The notes beneath the pieces are model-generated. The model worked only from the letters and a program-made list of their open reading frames with translations. It was not told the origin of the DNA and made no database searches. 64,000 bases of DNA, taken from Gemmatimonadota bacterium (GTDB lineage Bacteria > Gemmatimonadota > Gemmatimonadetes > Palauibacterales > KS3-K002). The stretch covers positions 1 through 64,000 of the forward strand of contig JBDHJS010000001.1 of the NCBI GenBank assembly GCA_039586795.1, read 5' to 3'. Of this stretch, positions 1 through 8,720 are shown piece after piece (within the stretch, counting starts at the first letter, position 1; each line of letters begins with the position of its first letter). The translations under genes were made by a program, and so were the position numbers.

Positions 1-537
1 ATACACCCACCCGTCGCGTCGACCGCCGCTGGCGTCCACAGCGATCAGCTCTTTGTCCTGGAACGCGTCGGAATCGAGACCGGGGATCAGCACCGGCTCC
101 GAGAACTCCACCGCCCCATCGGTTCGTGTCGACCGGGCCACGCCGACGAAGGAACGCGATCGATTGTCGAGGGCGAGCGTAGCGAAGTAGAAGTTCCCGT
201 CACGATCCGTGGCAAGCGCCGCGTCGCCGAGGTTCTGGCCTCCGCCGGCCGGCTTCAGTACCCCAGCGTCAGTGAACGTCTTCCCTCCGTCCAGCGAGTA
301 TGCGAAGCCCGTCATGCTCCGCGCGCGCTGAAACTCTCCGGAGTCGTTGTACCCGACCACGACCACATCGCCGTGACGTGCAACGGACGTCTCGCTTTGC
401 GTTGTGTTGTTGCCTCTGTCGATGGAAGGATCGTTGACCAACACATCGTCCGAGGGCGTCTCGGTATATTCTCCGCCGCAGGCCATGGCAGGCACTACCA
501 GCAACGGCCCCAGCGCTCTGAGGGCTTTCCTCATCAT
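1..537 (-). CDS. Exported BNR/Asp-box (sialidase-like) lipoprotein, runs off window start
   Basis: Manual translation MMRKALRALGPLLVVPAMAC... gives a lipobox and Asp-box SLDGGKTF; no stop before base 1; absent from ORF track. Confidence 0.7.
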   Translation of the reverse strand, partial: MMRKALRALGPLLVVPAMACGGEYTETPSDDVLVNDPSIDRGNNTTQSETSVARHGDVVVVGYNDSGEFQRARSMTGFAYSLDGGKTFTDAGVLKPAGGGQNLGDAALATDRDGNFYFATLALDNRSRSFVGVARSTRTDGAVEFSEPVLIPGLDSDAFQDKELIAVDASGGRRDGWVY

Positions 538-561
538 GCCGTTCATCTCGATGGTTCTCCC

Positions 562-1092
562 TCAGCCACCCAACTGTCGCGTGAGGGCGTCCAGAATCGT
601 GCTCTCGAGGGTACCGTTGGACGGTAGCGGCCGACCACCCAGCGGGCCTTCACCGCCGCGCACCGTGGCGATGATCGTCGGCGACACCGTCACTCGTAGA
701 CCGCCATCCGCTGCCGGCTCTACCGTCAACTCGAGGATGTAACGGCCGCCCTGCTCGCCGATGAAGTGGCGAACATCTTCCGGCACGAGCCGCGCCAACT
801 CCTCCATGCCCAGGCTGACGGACTCGCTGTTCAGGCGCGCCAGGTTGCTGGCGTTCAGCGCATCCAGCAGTCCTGGATCGAGCTGGTCCATCAGGTCGGC
901 AGACAGCGCGCCCTGACCCGCCAGTACATCAGTCAGGGCGTCGATGACGTGACCGGGACTCTGCATGTAAACAGCGAAGTTCTGAAATCCAGTCATCTGA
1001 CCATCGCTCTCGTATGAGCAGGCGGACGCCAAAACGGCGAAGGCGACTGCCGCCAAGCTGCGGACGGGCCGTCGTATCACGTGACCTGCCAT
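562..1092 (-). CDS. Hypothetical lipoprotein
   Basis: 176 aa, signal peptide with LASAC lipobox, co-oriented with the downstream lipoprotein gene. Confidence 0.7.
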   Translation of the reverse strand: MAGHVIRRPVRSLAAVAFAVLASACSYESDGQMTGFQNFAVYMQSPGHVIDALTDVLAGQGALSADLMDQLDPGLLDALNASNLARLNSESVSLGMEELARLVPEDVRHFIGEQGGRYILELTVEPAADGGLRVTVSPTIIATVRGGEGPLGGRPLPSNGTLESTILDALTRQLGG

Positions 1093-1299
1093 ATGCCAAA
1101 CGGTCTCCCTATACGGGCTCCAGGTGGCGGCTAGCGATTGGAATGTATAGATCCGCCGTCCCGGAGGCGAAAAGCTCTTGATCTCACCTCACCCTACGTG
1201 GCCCGCCGAGCGCCGGTTTCGGGCTGTCGGCCAGCCGCCCGGCGCCGTAACTTGGCGGTGTACCCACCAATTCGGACCCCTCAGAGCGGAGCCGGACCG

Positions 1300-2280
1300 A
1301 TGGCATGGCTACTGCTGATTCCCGTAATCCTCGTGGCTTCTCTGGCGGCGCTATGGATTGTCGGAGAGCGCGGCCACCTGATCCTGCCGTCCACTCGCGC
1401 ATCGATGCGACCGCGCCGATCCACGCCGCCGAGCGGCAGCGGGGGGGGCGGCGGCGGCCGCAAGCACGGCACACTCAACGCCCTGCACGGTTACGTCTAT
1501 GGTCGCTGGCCATACCAGTACATCGACTTCTGCGTAAACGTCCTGCTGCCGCGTTTGAAGAAGCCCGAGCACAAACGCTGGTGGGCGAATCACTATCACG
1601 GCAAGGTGCTGCCCACGGAGCTGGCGCGCCGGATCATCACGCTCGAGCGTGATATCAAGCGCACCGATCTTGAACAGATCGTTCCCTACCCCATGGCTCG
1701 AGACATCGTGCTCAAGGGGCCGCCGGGCATCACATTGCTCGAATGCCCGTGCCGCCACGCTCGCGAGAACCCGTGCGGGCCCACGGACGTTTGTATGGTA
1801 ATCGGCGAGAGCAACTTCACCGTCGAGCATCAACCGCAGCGTTCGCGACGCATCACCCAGGAGGAAGCGTTGGAGGTCCTGGCAGCCGAGCGTGAACGTG
1901 GCCATGTGCACACGGCTTACTTCAAGGACGCCTGCGGGGATCGATTCTACGCCATCTGCAATTGCTGCAAGTGTTGCTGCGGTGGCCTGGAGGCGATGGT
2001 CAAGCACGATGTGCCGATGGTCGCTTCCTCTGGCTACGTGGCCCAGGTGGATGAAGAAGCTTGCATCGCCTGTGCCGACTGCGAAGCCGCCTGCCCGTTC
2101 GAGGCGATTGCGGTGAACGGTCACTCGCAGGTGGACTGGGAGGCCTGCATGGGCTGCGGCGTGTGCGAAGCCCAATGCGAGATGGAAGCCGTCACGTTGG
2201 TTAGGGATGAGAAGAAGGGTGTCCCGCTGGATGTGTGGGAGATCGGTAGTCGACAACCCGCAGCCGCTGCGAGCCTATAA
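1300..2280 (+). CDS. Membrane-anchored 4Fe-4S dicluster protein
   Basis: ATG 1300; N-terminal TM helix; CPCR, CNCCKCCC and two CxxCxxCxxxC motifs. Confidence 0.8.
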   Translation: MAWLLLIPVILVASLAALWIVGERGHLILPSTRASMRPRRSTPPSGSGGGGGGRKHGTLNALHGYVYGRWPYQYIDFCVNVLLPRLKKPEHKRWWANHYHGKVLPTELARRIITLERDIKRTDLEQIVPYPMARDIVLKGPPGITLLECPCRHARENPCGPTDVCMVIGESNFTVEHQPQRSRRITQEEALEVLAAERERGHVHTAYFKDACGDRFYAICNCCKCCCGGLEAMVKHDVPMVASSGYVAQVDEEACIACADCEAACPFEAIAVNGHSQVDWEACMGCGVCEAQCEMEAVTLVRDEKKGVPLDVWEIGSRQPAAAASL

Positions 2281-2915
2281 TGACCGAGCACGACCTGTCA
2301 CAAGGCGACTTCTTCGCGCCACCGGATCCGATCGTCACGTGCAGAACGATTGATGAGTTGCACGGGCTGATACGGAACTGCACGAAGTGCGAAGAGCTGG
2401 TGGAGTATCGAAGCCAGGCCGTGCCGGGCGTCGGACCGCCGGATGCCCGCGTCTTCTTCATCGGCGAAGCACCGGGACGGTGGGAAGACCAGAAGGGCGA
2501 GCCGTTCGTCGGCGATGCGGGCGGGTATCTGACCGAACTGTTGGGCAAGATCGGGCTCGATCGCAAGCAGGTCTTCATCAGCAACATCGTCAAATGCCGT
2601 CCACCTGAGAACCGAAACCCGAAGGCGCCGGAGATGGAAAACTGCGCGCCGTATCTGGAGCGTCAGCTCGCGCTGATGAAACCCGACCTCGTAGTGCTGC
2701 TGGGTCGCTTCGCCCTCGAACGCTTCTTCCCGAAGGAGAAGCTCTCGGAAGCCGTCGGCGTCGAACGCAAACACTTGATCGGCGGACGCGAGATCACCTT
2801 CCTACCCCTTTATCATCCAGCGTTCGGAATCCGACGCCAGGATCTGAAGCCGGAGATCGAAAAGAAGTTCTGGAAGATACGAGAAATACTCGACGGGCTG
2901 GAAAAACCTACCTGA
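2280..2915 (+). CDS. udg: Uracil-DNA glycosylase family 4
   Basis: CxxC, GEAPG..E, GEPFVG, KCRPPENR and YHPA motifs. Confidence 0.92.
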   Translation: MTEHDLSQGDFFAPPDPIVTCRTIDELHGLIRNCTKCEELVEYRSQAVPGVGPPDARVFFIGEAPGRWEDQKGEPFVGDAGGYLTELLGKIGLDRKQVFISNIVKCRPPENRNPKAPEMENCAPYLERQLALMKPDLVVLLGRFALERFFPKEKLSEAVGVERKHLIGGREITFLPLYHPAFGIRRQDLKPEIEKKFWKIREILDGLEKPT

Positions 2916-2933
2916 GGAATTGGTCTACTAAGG

Positions 2934-3000
2934 ATTAGGTGTTAGGTGTTGAGGATTGTTTTCAAATCCTCAACACCTAACACCTAATGTTCTTTCTTTT
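2934..3000. terminator. Perfect 24-bp hairpin built of heptamers between convergent genes, likely terminator
   Basis: ATTAGGTGTTAGGTGTTGAGGATT (2934-2957), 7-nt loop, exact reverse complement (2965-2988), then T-rich tract. Confidence 0.75.
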
Positions 3001-5193
3001 CTATTCGTAGCGCAGAATGGCCAGCCCGGCATCGGTCGTTGCATTGAGCTGAAGCTGCAGGGCCGTATTGTCGCCCGCGGCGTCGAGCTCGACGTAGAGC
3101 GGGCTGGTCGCGGCCATGAACTGCCTGATCGCGGAGCCGCGGAAGGTGGCGAACGTCATCTGCATCGGTTGCAGAGCGTACACCGGGCTGCCGCCGCCCG
3201 GTGGAACGACTTTGACGATCTCACGAATGTCCCACTTCGGTATCGTATAGCGCTCCGCCAATCCCGGTATGTTCAGATCGTCGGCCCACGCCGCGACGGC
3301 GAAATCGGCGAACATTCTGAAGAACGACTCGCCCGTCCGCTGCTCCACGTTGTTCACGCCGCGCTCCGGCTCCTGGGTCAGGTCGCGGAGCATGAAGTCC
3401 CCGTACTGCTCGAGAATCCAACGCAGGAATAGCGTCCAGCCACCGCGCTCGCCCAACGAGCCGCCGCCTGTCGTCGCGGTCATGGAGAATGAATCCGGCG
3501 CCACCAGATAAGACGCGACACGGGCGAACACGGTCGAGTACATCTCGTTCGACAGATCCGTGTCACCATCCTCGAACAGCACGTCGCCGCCCTTCTCTTC
3601 CGCCATGTGAGCCAGACCTTCGCTGAGCCACAACAGTTCGAGCGCCGGCAGCGTCGGCGTATCGAAGACCTTGTAGCGGAAGTTGATCAAGTGCTGCGTC
3701 TCGTGGACCATCACACCGGGCAGCTGTCCGACGGCGAACTCCCGACTACGCGGGTCGCTATGGATGCCGCTGGGGTCCGGAACCAAACCGTAGAAGATCT
3801 CCGAGCCGTTAGAAAAACGGCACTCCGGACAGCCGGCGGCATTGGGAGTGAAGAGGTCGAGCCCGAAGAAGAACCCGACGATCACACCGTTGGAGCCGCG
3901 CTCCGTCAGCGAGTTGACCACCGGCGACAGCAACACCACGACCCGGTCGTTGTCATCCACGTCCGTCGGCTCGCCGAAATAATCGACATCAACTTCGTAA
4001 AGCCGCTGGTCATAGAGCTTGCCGAGCGCCTCGATGTCCGACTGCGTCAGTCCGGGAGCCGGCGAAGCGTCATCGACATAAAGCAGGGTGTTGCCGCCAA
4101 TGAACTGCAACGTCGCATTGATGCGGTCGAACGCGTTTTCGTCGACATTGCCTGCGTTCACGGCATCGAGGTCGCTTACGACCCAGAAGCTGCGTCTGTC
4201 TCCAACGCTCGGCCCCGCCATCAATTGCGGCGCCCGGGATGACTGCGCCGCAGGCAGGTTGGCGGCCGCCAGACGGGCTTCGATGGCACGCAGACGATCG
4301 TGGAAGCTGGTCTGCGGATCGACTCGCGCGTCATCGGCGGGGTCAAGTGCCACGTTGCCCGCCCCAAGGGTGACCTGGAAGTTGGCGTTCACCTCGAGCT
4401 CGGCGCTCAGCGCGACGAGGAGGTATTTCGCGTTGCCGCCGTCAGCGGGCAACAGCGCGCATTGAACATCGCTCGTACCCTCGATCACCAGGACCTGACC
4501 CACCTGGAACGGATCAGCCGGTACACTGACGTTCAACGTTCTCGAACCGGTGGTGACACCGTCGGCGCGCACCCTGACGTCGACTGCCACACCGGAGGCA
4601 CTGCAGACACCCGCCGGCGCCGGCACTATAACTTCGAGCGTAGTTGGAGTGCCCACGGTACCGTCAACGACTTCGCCAGCGACACCGTCGAACAGCACAG
4701 ACGCCGACAGCGACGGCAGGTTGTTCACTCTTACCACAATGGTGTCGCCCGGATCGGCGCTGCTTGCGGACAGCGAGGCGATCGTCGGCGCAGGAAGCAC
4801 GGTCACCGCCGGGAACGTCACCGGGGTAAGACCCAGCACCGAGGCCTCGAGGACCAGGTTACCGGTCCCCGTGCCAAGCTCCACCCGTGTTGACGCTTCG
4901 CCGGCGGCATCGGTCACCGAAGAAGTTCGCGTCGGCGCGCCCGACCCGCTGACGACTCGCCAGTCAACCGAGATGCCGTCTTCGGGAGCGCCGCCGTCTT
5001 TGCGAACGACCTCGGCGACGAACATCTCATCCACGACCGTCCCGGCCAGGCCGGAGCCCCCACCACCCGACACCGCGTTCAGCTGATACACGTTCGGGTC
5101 CAGCGCCGTCGGACCGTCCTCATCGCCGCCACAGGCAACGGCTCCGATCACAACCGACAAAACGAGCGGCTTAACTAGCCAACGGGGTGCCAT
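3001..5193 (-). CDS. Large lipoprotein with Ig-like domains and putative zinc metallopeptidase domain
   Basis: Lipobox AVAC; beta-rich N-terminal half; HETQH (HExxH) followed by SEGLA. Confidence 0.7.
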   Translation of the reverse strand: MAPRWLVKPLVLSVVIGAVACGGDEDGPTALDPNVYQLNAVSGGGGSGLAGTVVDEMFVAEVVRKDGGAPEDGISVDWRVVSGSGAPTRTSSVTDAAGEASTRVELGTGTGNLVLEASVLGLTPVTFPAVTVLPAPTIASLSASSADPGDTIVVRVNNLPSLSASVLFDGVAGEVVDGTVGTPTTLEVIVPAPAGVCSASGVAVDVRVRADGVTTGSRTLNVSVPADPFQVGQVLVIEGTSDVQCALLPADGGNAKYLLVALSAELEVNANFQVTLGAGNVALDPADDARVDPQTSFHDRLRAIEARLAAANLPAAQSSRAPQLMAGPSVGDRRSFWVVSDLDAVNAGNVDENAFDRINATLQFIGGNTLLYVDDASPAPGLTQSDIEALGKLYDQRLYEVDVDYFGEPTDVDDNDRVVVLLSPVVNSLTERGSNGVIVGFFFGLDLFTPNAAGCPECRFSNGSEIFYGLVPDPSGIHSDPRSREFAVGQLPGVMVHETQHLINFRYKVFDTPTLPALELLWLSEGLAHMAEEKGGDVLFEDGDTDLSNEMYSTVFARVASYLVAPDSFSMTATTGGGSLGERGGWTLFLRWILEQYGDFMLRDLTQEPERGVNNVEQRTGESFFRMFADFAVAAWADDLNIPGLAERYTIPKWDIREIVKVVPPGGGSPVYALQPMQMTFATFRGSAIRQFMAATSPLYVELDAAGDNTALQLQLNATTDAGLAILRYE

Positions 5194-5411
5194 GTGCTCC
5201 TCGCTTTTTACCTAGACAACCGCGCACGCGCGACCGGATGATCTAACACACCTCCGGCCGATCGACGCTCGCGGCGCCAACCGGCAGTCTCACAATAAAA
5301 CGCTGGCGGTACCGTTTGGGAATGCTGAAACGGGGAAAAAAACGGCCACCATACTGTGGGACGAGTGGCAGCTCTGGAACGTTAAGTGGCACGCTCGGCT
5401 ACCTCTTGAAG

Positions 5412-6443
5412 TCAGCCGCCGGGCTCTTCTTCGGGCTCGATATCCGTAAGATCTATTACGGGACCACCCATCTGGCTGGAGCGCCCGGTTCGGACCCGGC
5501 CGACGATCGTAATATACGCAAGTTGCGGCACGCTTTCGACCACAGGCAGCAGATCGTCTGGCACCGCCAGATAGACGAACCCGGCGTCGCCAGCCGGCCC
5601 GCGGGCCAGCAGGAAGGGCTCGCCCTCCTCGAAGTCCCGGCGCGTTCTCTCCGCTCGTTGCAGAGAGATGATCTGGACGCGCCAGCGCACCAGAGCGCCT
5701 CGGTAGCGGGCCGGGTCCGCCCGCAATTGGGCGGGCGTCAAGTCGCCGGTATCGGCCAAGCGAAGCAGCGAATCGAACGCCTCCGGACCGTAGACCCAGC
5801 CATCGACCCGAATCCGTATCCAGTCGCCGGTGCGGCCGAGGACCTGCGCCTCGGCTCCCGGTTGGAAGGTCGCGACGGTGTCACCGCCCGGCGTCGAGTA
5901 GACGATGAGCGGGGCCGCCGCGACGACATGTTGAGGACTCTCGCTGGTTGGGATGGTCTCGGTGGCCGTGTCCGCGGACTCCGTCGCTGGCGCCTCGGCC
6001 TCGTAACCCAGCTCGAGGGAGGCCCTCCACAACCAACCGCGCCGCGTCACACGGACCCAGTTCCCGTCGGTGGTAACCCGATCCAACAAGCAGCCGCGCA
6101 ACAGGCGGGCCACGATCACGCCCTGCGGCTGAAATCGCAGGTTTTCTCCTCCGGCTGCGCTGACGCGCAGGTCGAAGCCCCCCTGATTGGCATCCGACAC
6201 CGACGGCGCCCAGATCCACCCCGAAAGTTCGACTTCGACCCAACCGCCCTGTTCGTTGACGACGGGAAGCTCGGCGCCCCGCAGCACGGTGGCGAGCTGT
6301 GTACCGTTGGGCTCGCGTCGGAAGTTCTCCTCAGCGACGACGACTCGTGCTGTCGTTTGGGCCTCGACGGCGAGCGGCCACGTCGCGGCGATCAGCAACG
6401 CAGCCCGGCAGGCGTACAACAGAGTGGATCCAGCTCTCATCAT
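5412..6443 (-). CDS. Exported SH3-like domain protein
   Basis: Start MMRAG after GGGAG; signal peptide; repeated SH3b-like segments ending W-x-x-V/I...GW. Confidence 0.7.
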   Translation of the reverse strand: MMRAGSTLLYACRAALLIAATWPLAVEAQTTARVVVAEENFRREPNGTQLATVLRGAELPVVNEQGGWVEVELSGWIWAPSVSDANQGGFDLRVSAAGGENLRFQPQGVIVARLLRGCLLDRVTTDGNWVRVTRRGWLWRASLELGYEAEAPATESADTATETIPTSESPQHVVAAAPLIVYSTPGGDTVATFQPGAEAQVLGRTGDWIRIRVDGWVYGPEAFDSLLRLADTGDLTPAQLRADPARYRGALVRWRVQIISLQRAERTRRDFEEGEPFLLARGPAGDAGFVYLAVPDDLLPVVESVPQLAYITIVGRVRTGRSSQMGGPVIDLTDIEPEEEPGG

Positions 6444-6569
6444 CTCCCTCCCCGCACCTGGGCGGCGGCCGGTCGGCCTTGCGCCCCTACCACGCGTAAC
6501 GTCCTGAGAGTCGATTGTCAATTGCCGGCTGCTGTTGCGCCCGGGGCGTTGTCGTGTAAACTGCCCACC

Positions 6570-7289
6570 ATGCGGAACTACATGCTGTTGCTGGTGGCCA
6601 TCTCGGTATCGCTGGCCGCACCGAACCGGCTCGGTGCTCAGACGATCGATTCGCCCTACCGGTTCCTCTCTTTCAAGCGAGATGTCGGCGTTTACGTCGC
6701 TTACATATTCGCTGACGCAGGGGGATGGGGGCTGGGTGCTCAGCCGGGGCCAGCCATCGGTCTGCAGGGGGCGATGCGTATTAGCGATCCGCTCAACGTC
6801 AGCGTGAACGTCTCCTATTTCCCCACGGAACGTAACGTGATGGACCCCTCTACCGGCGAATCGAGGCCGGAAAAGCTCGGGACGACACCGTTCAACCTGC
6901 TGATGCTCAGCGCGCGACTGCAGTTCAACTTGACCGGGGCGCGAACCTGGCATCGACTCGTGCCGTACCTGATCGGCGGTGCCGGCATCGCCATCGATGT
7001 CGCGGGAGATGTCAACTGCTCGATCCCGAACAACCCGGACCCGACTTGCGACCTGGGGCCGCTCGAGCGATTCAACTTCGGCACCAGCTTCATGGGCCAG
7101 GTCGGCTTCGGAACGGCTATTGTCATCTCCCGCCGCATCGGCGCCCGGATAACGTTCGAAGACAATATCTGGCGATTGACGACCCCGGAGGGCTGGTTCC
7201 TCGGAGGGATCAACCTGCTGCCCTTCCCTCCGTCAAAGGAGTGGACCAACAACTGGCAGCTCAGCTTCATCGCTACCTACTGGTTCTGA
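6570..7289 (+). CDS. Outer-membrane beta-barrel protein
   Basis: ATG 6570, signal peptide, amphipathic strands, C-terminal YWF. Confidence 0.75.
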   Translation: MRNYMLLLVAISVSLAAPNRLGAQTIDSPYRFLSFKRDVGVYVAYIFADAGGWGLGAQPGPAIGLQGAMRISDPLNVSVNVSYFPTERNVMDPSTGESRPEKLGTTPFNLLMLSARLQFNLTGARTWHRLVPYLIGGAGIAIDVAGDVNCSIPNNPDPTCDLGPLERFNFGTSFMGQVGFGTAIVISRRIGARITFEDNIWRLTTPEGWFLGGINLLPFPPSKEWTNNWQLSFIATYWF

Positions 7290-7294
7290 GCCAC

Positions 7295-7855
7295 GTGTTG
7301 AACAGAACGCTGCTGCTCGTCGCCCTCCTGGCGATCTTGCCCACCGGGGTGAGCGCCCAGACGACGCCCAAGTGGTCGCTCGGGGGAACGTTGTTCGGCG
7401 TGACCTACACCTCGGAAGCGAAGAGCGTCGATGTGGCGTTGGTGAGCGGTGGCCCGTTGCTGCCCACGGGCGAATCGAGTCTTCGCGCGGCGCCGGAGGT
7501 CTATGCGGGGTTCTTCCCTCACCCCAACCTCGTCGTGGCTCCCGGACTCGCGTTCGCCTACTACAAGCCCGACGGTGGCGATTCCAGCTTTGGACTGGCC
7601 ATCGACCTGGCGCTAGAGTGGCACTTCGCCGGCGTCGCCGGCAATTCGTTCTACGCTGCCGTGAACGGAGCGTACTTGAGCTGGGATCTGGGCGCTGGCT
7701 CCGACTCCGACCTCACGGCTGGAGCGGCCGTCGGCTACCGGACCCTGGCGTCCGCCTTTTTCGGCCTTCGATTCGAAGCCGTCTACCGACGCTACTTCGA
7801 CCTGGAGGAGAACCAGATCACGGCTCTCATCAAGGCGGAAGTGGTCTTTAACTGA
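7295..7855 (+). CDS. Outer-membrane beta-barrel protein
   Basis: GTG 7295, signal peptide ending VSAQ, amphipathic strands, terminal VVFN. Confidence 0.7.
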   Translation: MLNRTLLLVALLAILPTGVSAQTTPKWSLGGTLFGVTYTSEAKSVDVALVSGGPLLPTGESSLRAAPEVYAGFFPHPNLVVAPGLAFAYYKPDGGDSSFGLAIDLALEWHFAGVAGNSFYAAVNGAYLSWDLGAGSDSDLTAGAAVGYRTLASAFFGLRFEAVYRRYFDLEENQITALIKAEVVFN

Positions 7856-8117
7856 GGGACTGCCGGGCCATGCCGGGGCGTTTTTGGCCGGCGGCCGGAG
7901 ATCGGCCCAGATCCTTGCGCACGAGGCGCCGGGGGTGCCAGATTACCCCAGTTCCGATCAGCCCTTTAGCCCCATAGATTCTGGTCGGCCCGGGAGATCG
8001 TACGTTCCAAGCGCTTTTGACATGGAAGGTGGCGGCCGGACCGGGCTTCCGGCTCAGCGCCTGGATTCGAGCCGCACCTCTGTATTTCAAGGAAGCTCCA
8101 CAAAGGAGGAGACACAC

Positions 8118-8678
8118 ATGAGACGGATCACTTGGTTAGTTCCGGTGCTCGCGATCGCACTGCTCTTTGGCTCGGTTCCGCAGGCCGAAGCTCAGGTCGA
8201 GCGGCCCTGGGTGATCGAGCTGTATGGTGGCGGATTCATCCCGCTGAGCCCGGAAGGGTGGACCGACGCGGTGGACATCAGTGCCGCCCTGGGCGCCACA
8301 GTGGGCTACCAGATCATTCCCAAGATCTACATCCTGGCCAACGGCAGTTGGGGGCTGGTGACCGGCGCTACCATTAACAGCATCAAATTGACAGACTGGG
8401 ACGTGTTTTCATACTTCCTGTCCGGCGCGTACGACTTCACCGAAGGCAAGTCAGTTAGCGTACTCGGTCAGGTCGGCGTTGGCGCTCAGACCTTGAGCCC
8501 AAGCCAAGAAGGGCTAGAGTCCGAGACCAACTTCGCGGCCAACGGTGGTTTCAAGTTCTATTGGTATATCAACCCGCAGATCGGCCTGACGTTGAACACG
8601 TTCGTCGTCGTGGCGTTCGCTGAGGACGACACGATCGTGAACCTGCCGCTCGCCGCGGGTGTCTTCTTCCGCTTCTAG
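8118..8678 (+). CDS. Outer-membrane beta-barrel protein
   Basis: RBS AAGGAGG, signal peptide AEAQ, C-terminal FFRF. Confidence 0.8.
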   Translation: MRRITWLVPVLAIALLFGSVPQAEAQVERPWVIELYGGGFIPLSPEGWTDAVDISAALGATVGYQIIPKIYILANGSWGLVTGATINSIKLTDWDVFSYFLSGAYDFTEGKSVSVLGQVGVGAQTLSPSQEGLESETNFAANGGFKFYWYINPQIGLTLNTFVVVAFAEDDTIVNLPLAAGVFFRF

Positions 8679-8720
8679 CGGACGCTGGACCGGGCCCAGT
8701 TCTACTGAGGCCTAGTTCGA

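Noticed and set aside
1441..1458. G8 run as a phase-variation tract
   Set aside because: It is in frame within a glycine-rich linker and the gene is intact; no evidence of slippage.
5316..6953. Apparent long overlap of 657-aa plus and 513-aa minus ORFs
   Set aside because: True starts at 6570 (+) and 6443 (-) give divergent non-overlapping genes; the extensions are GC-rich shadow frames.
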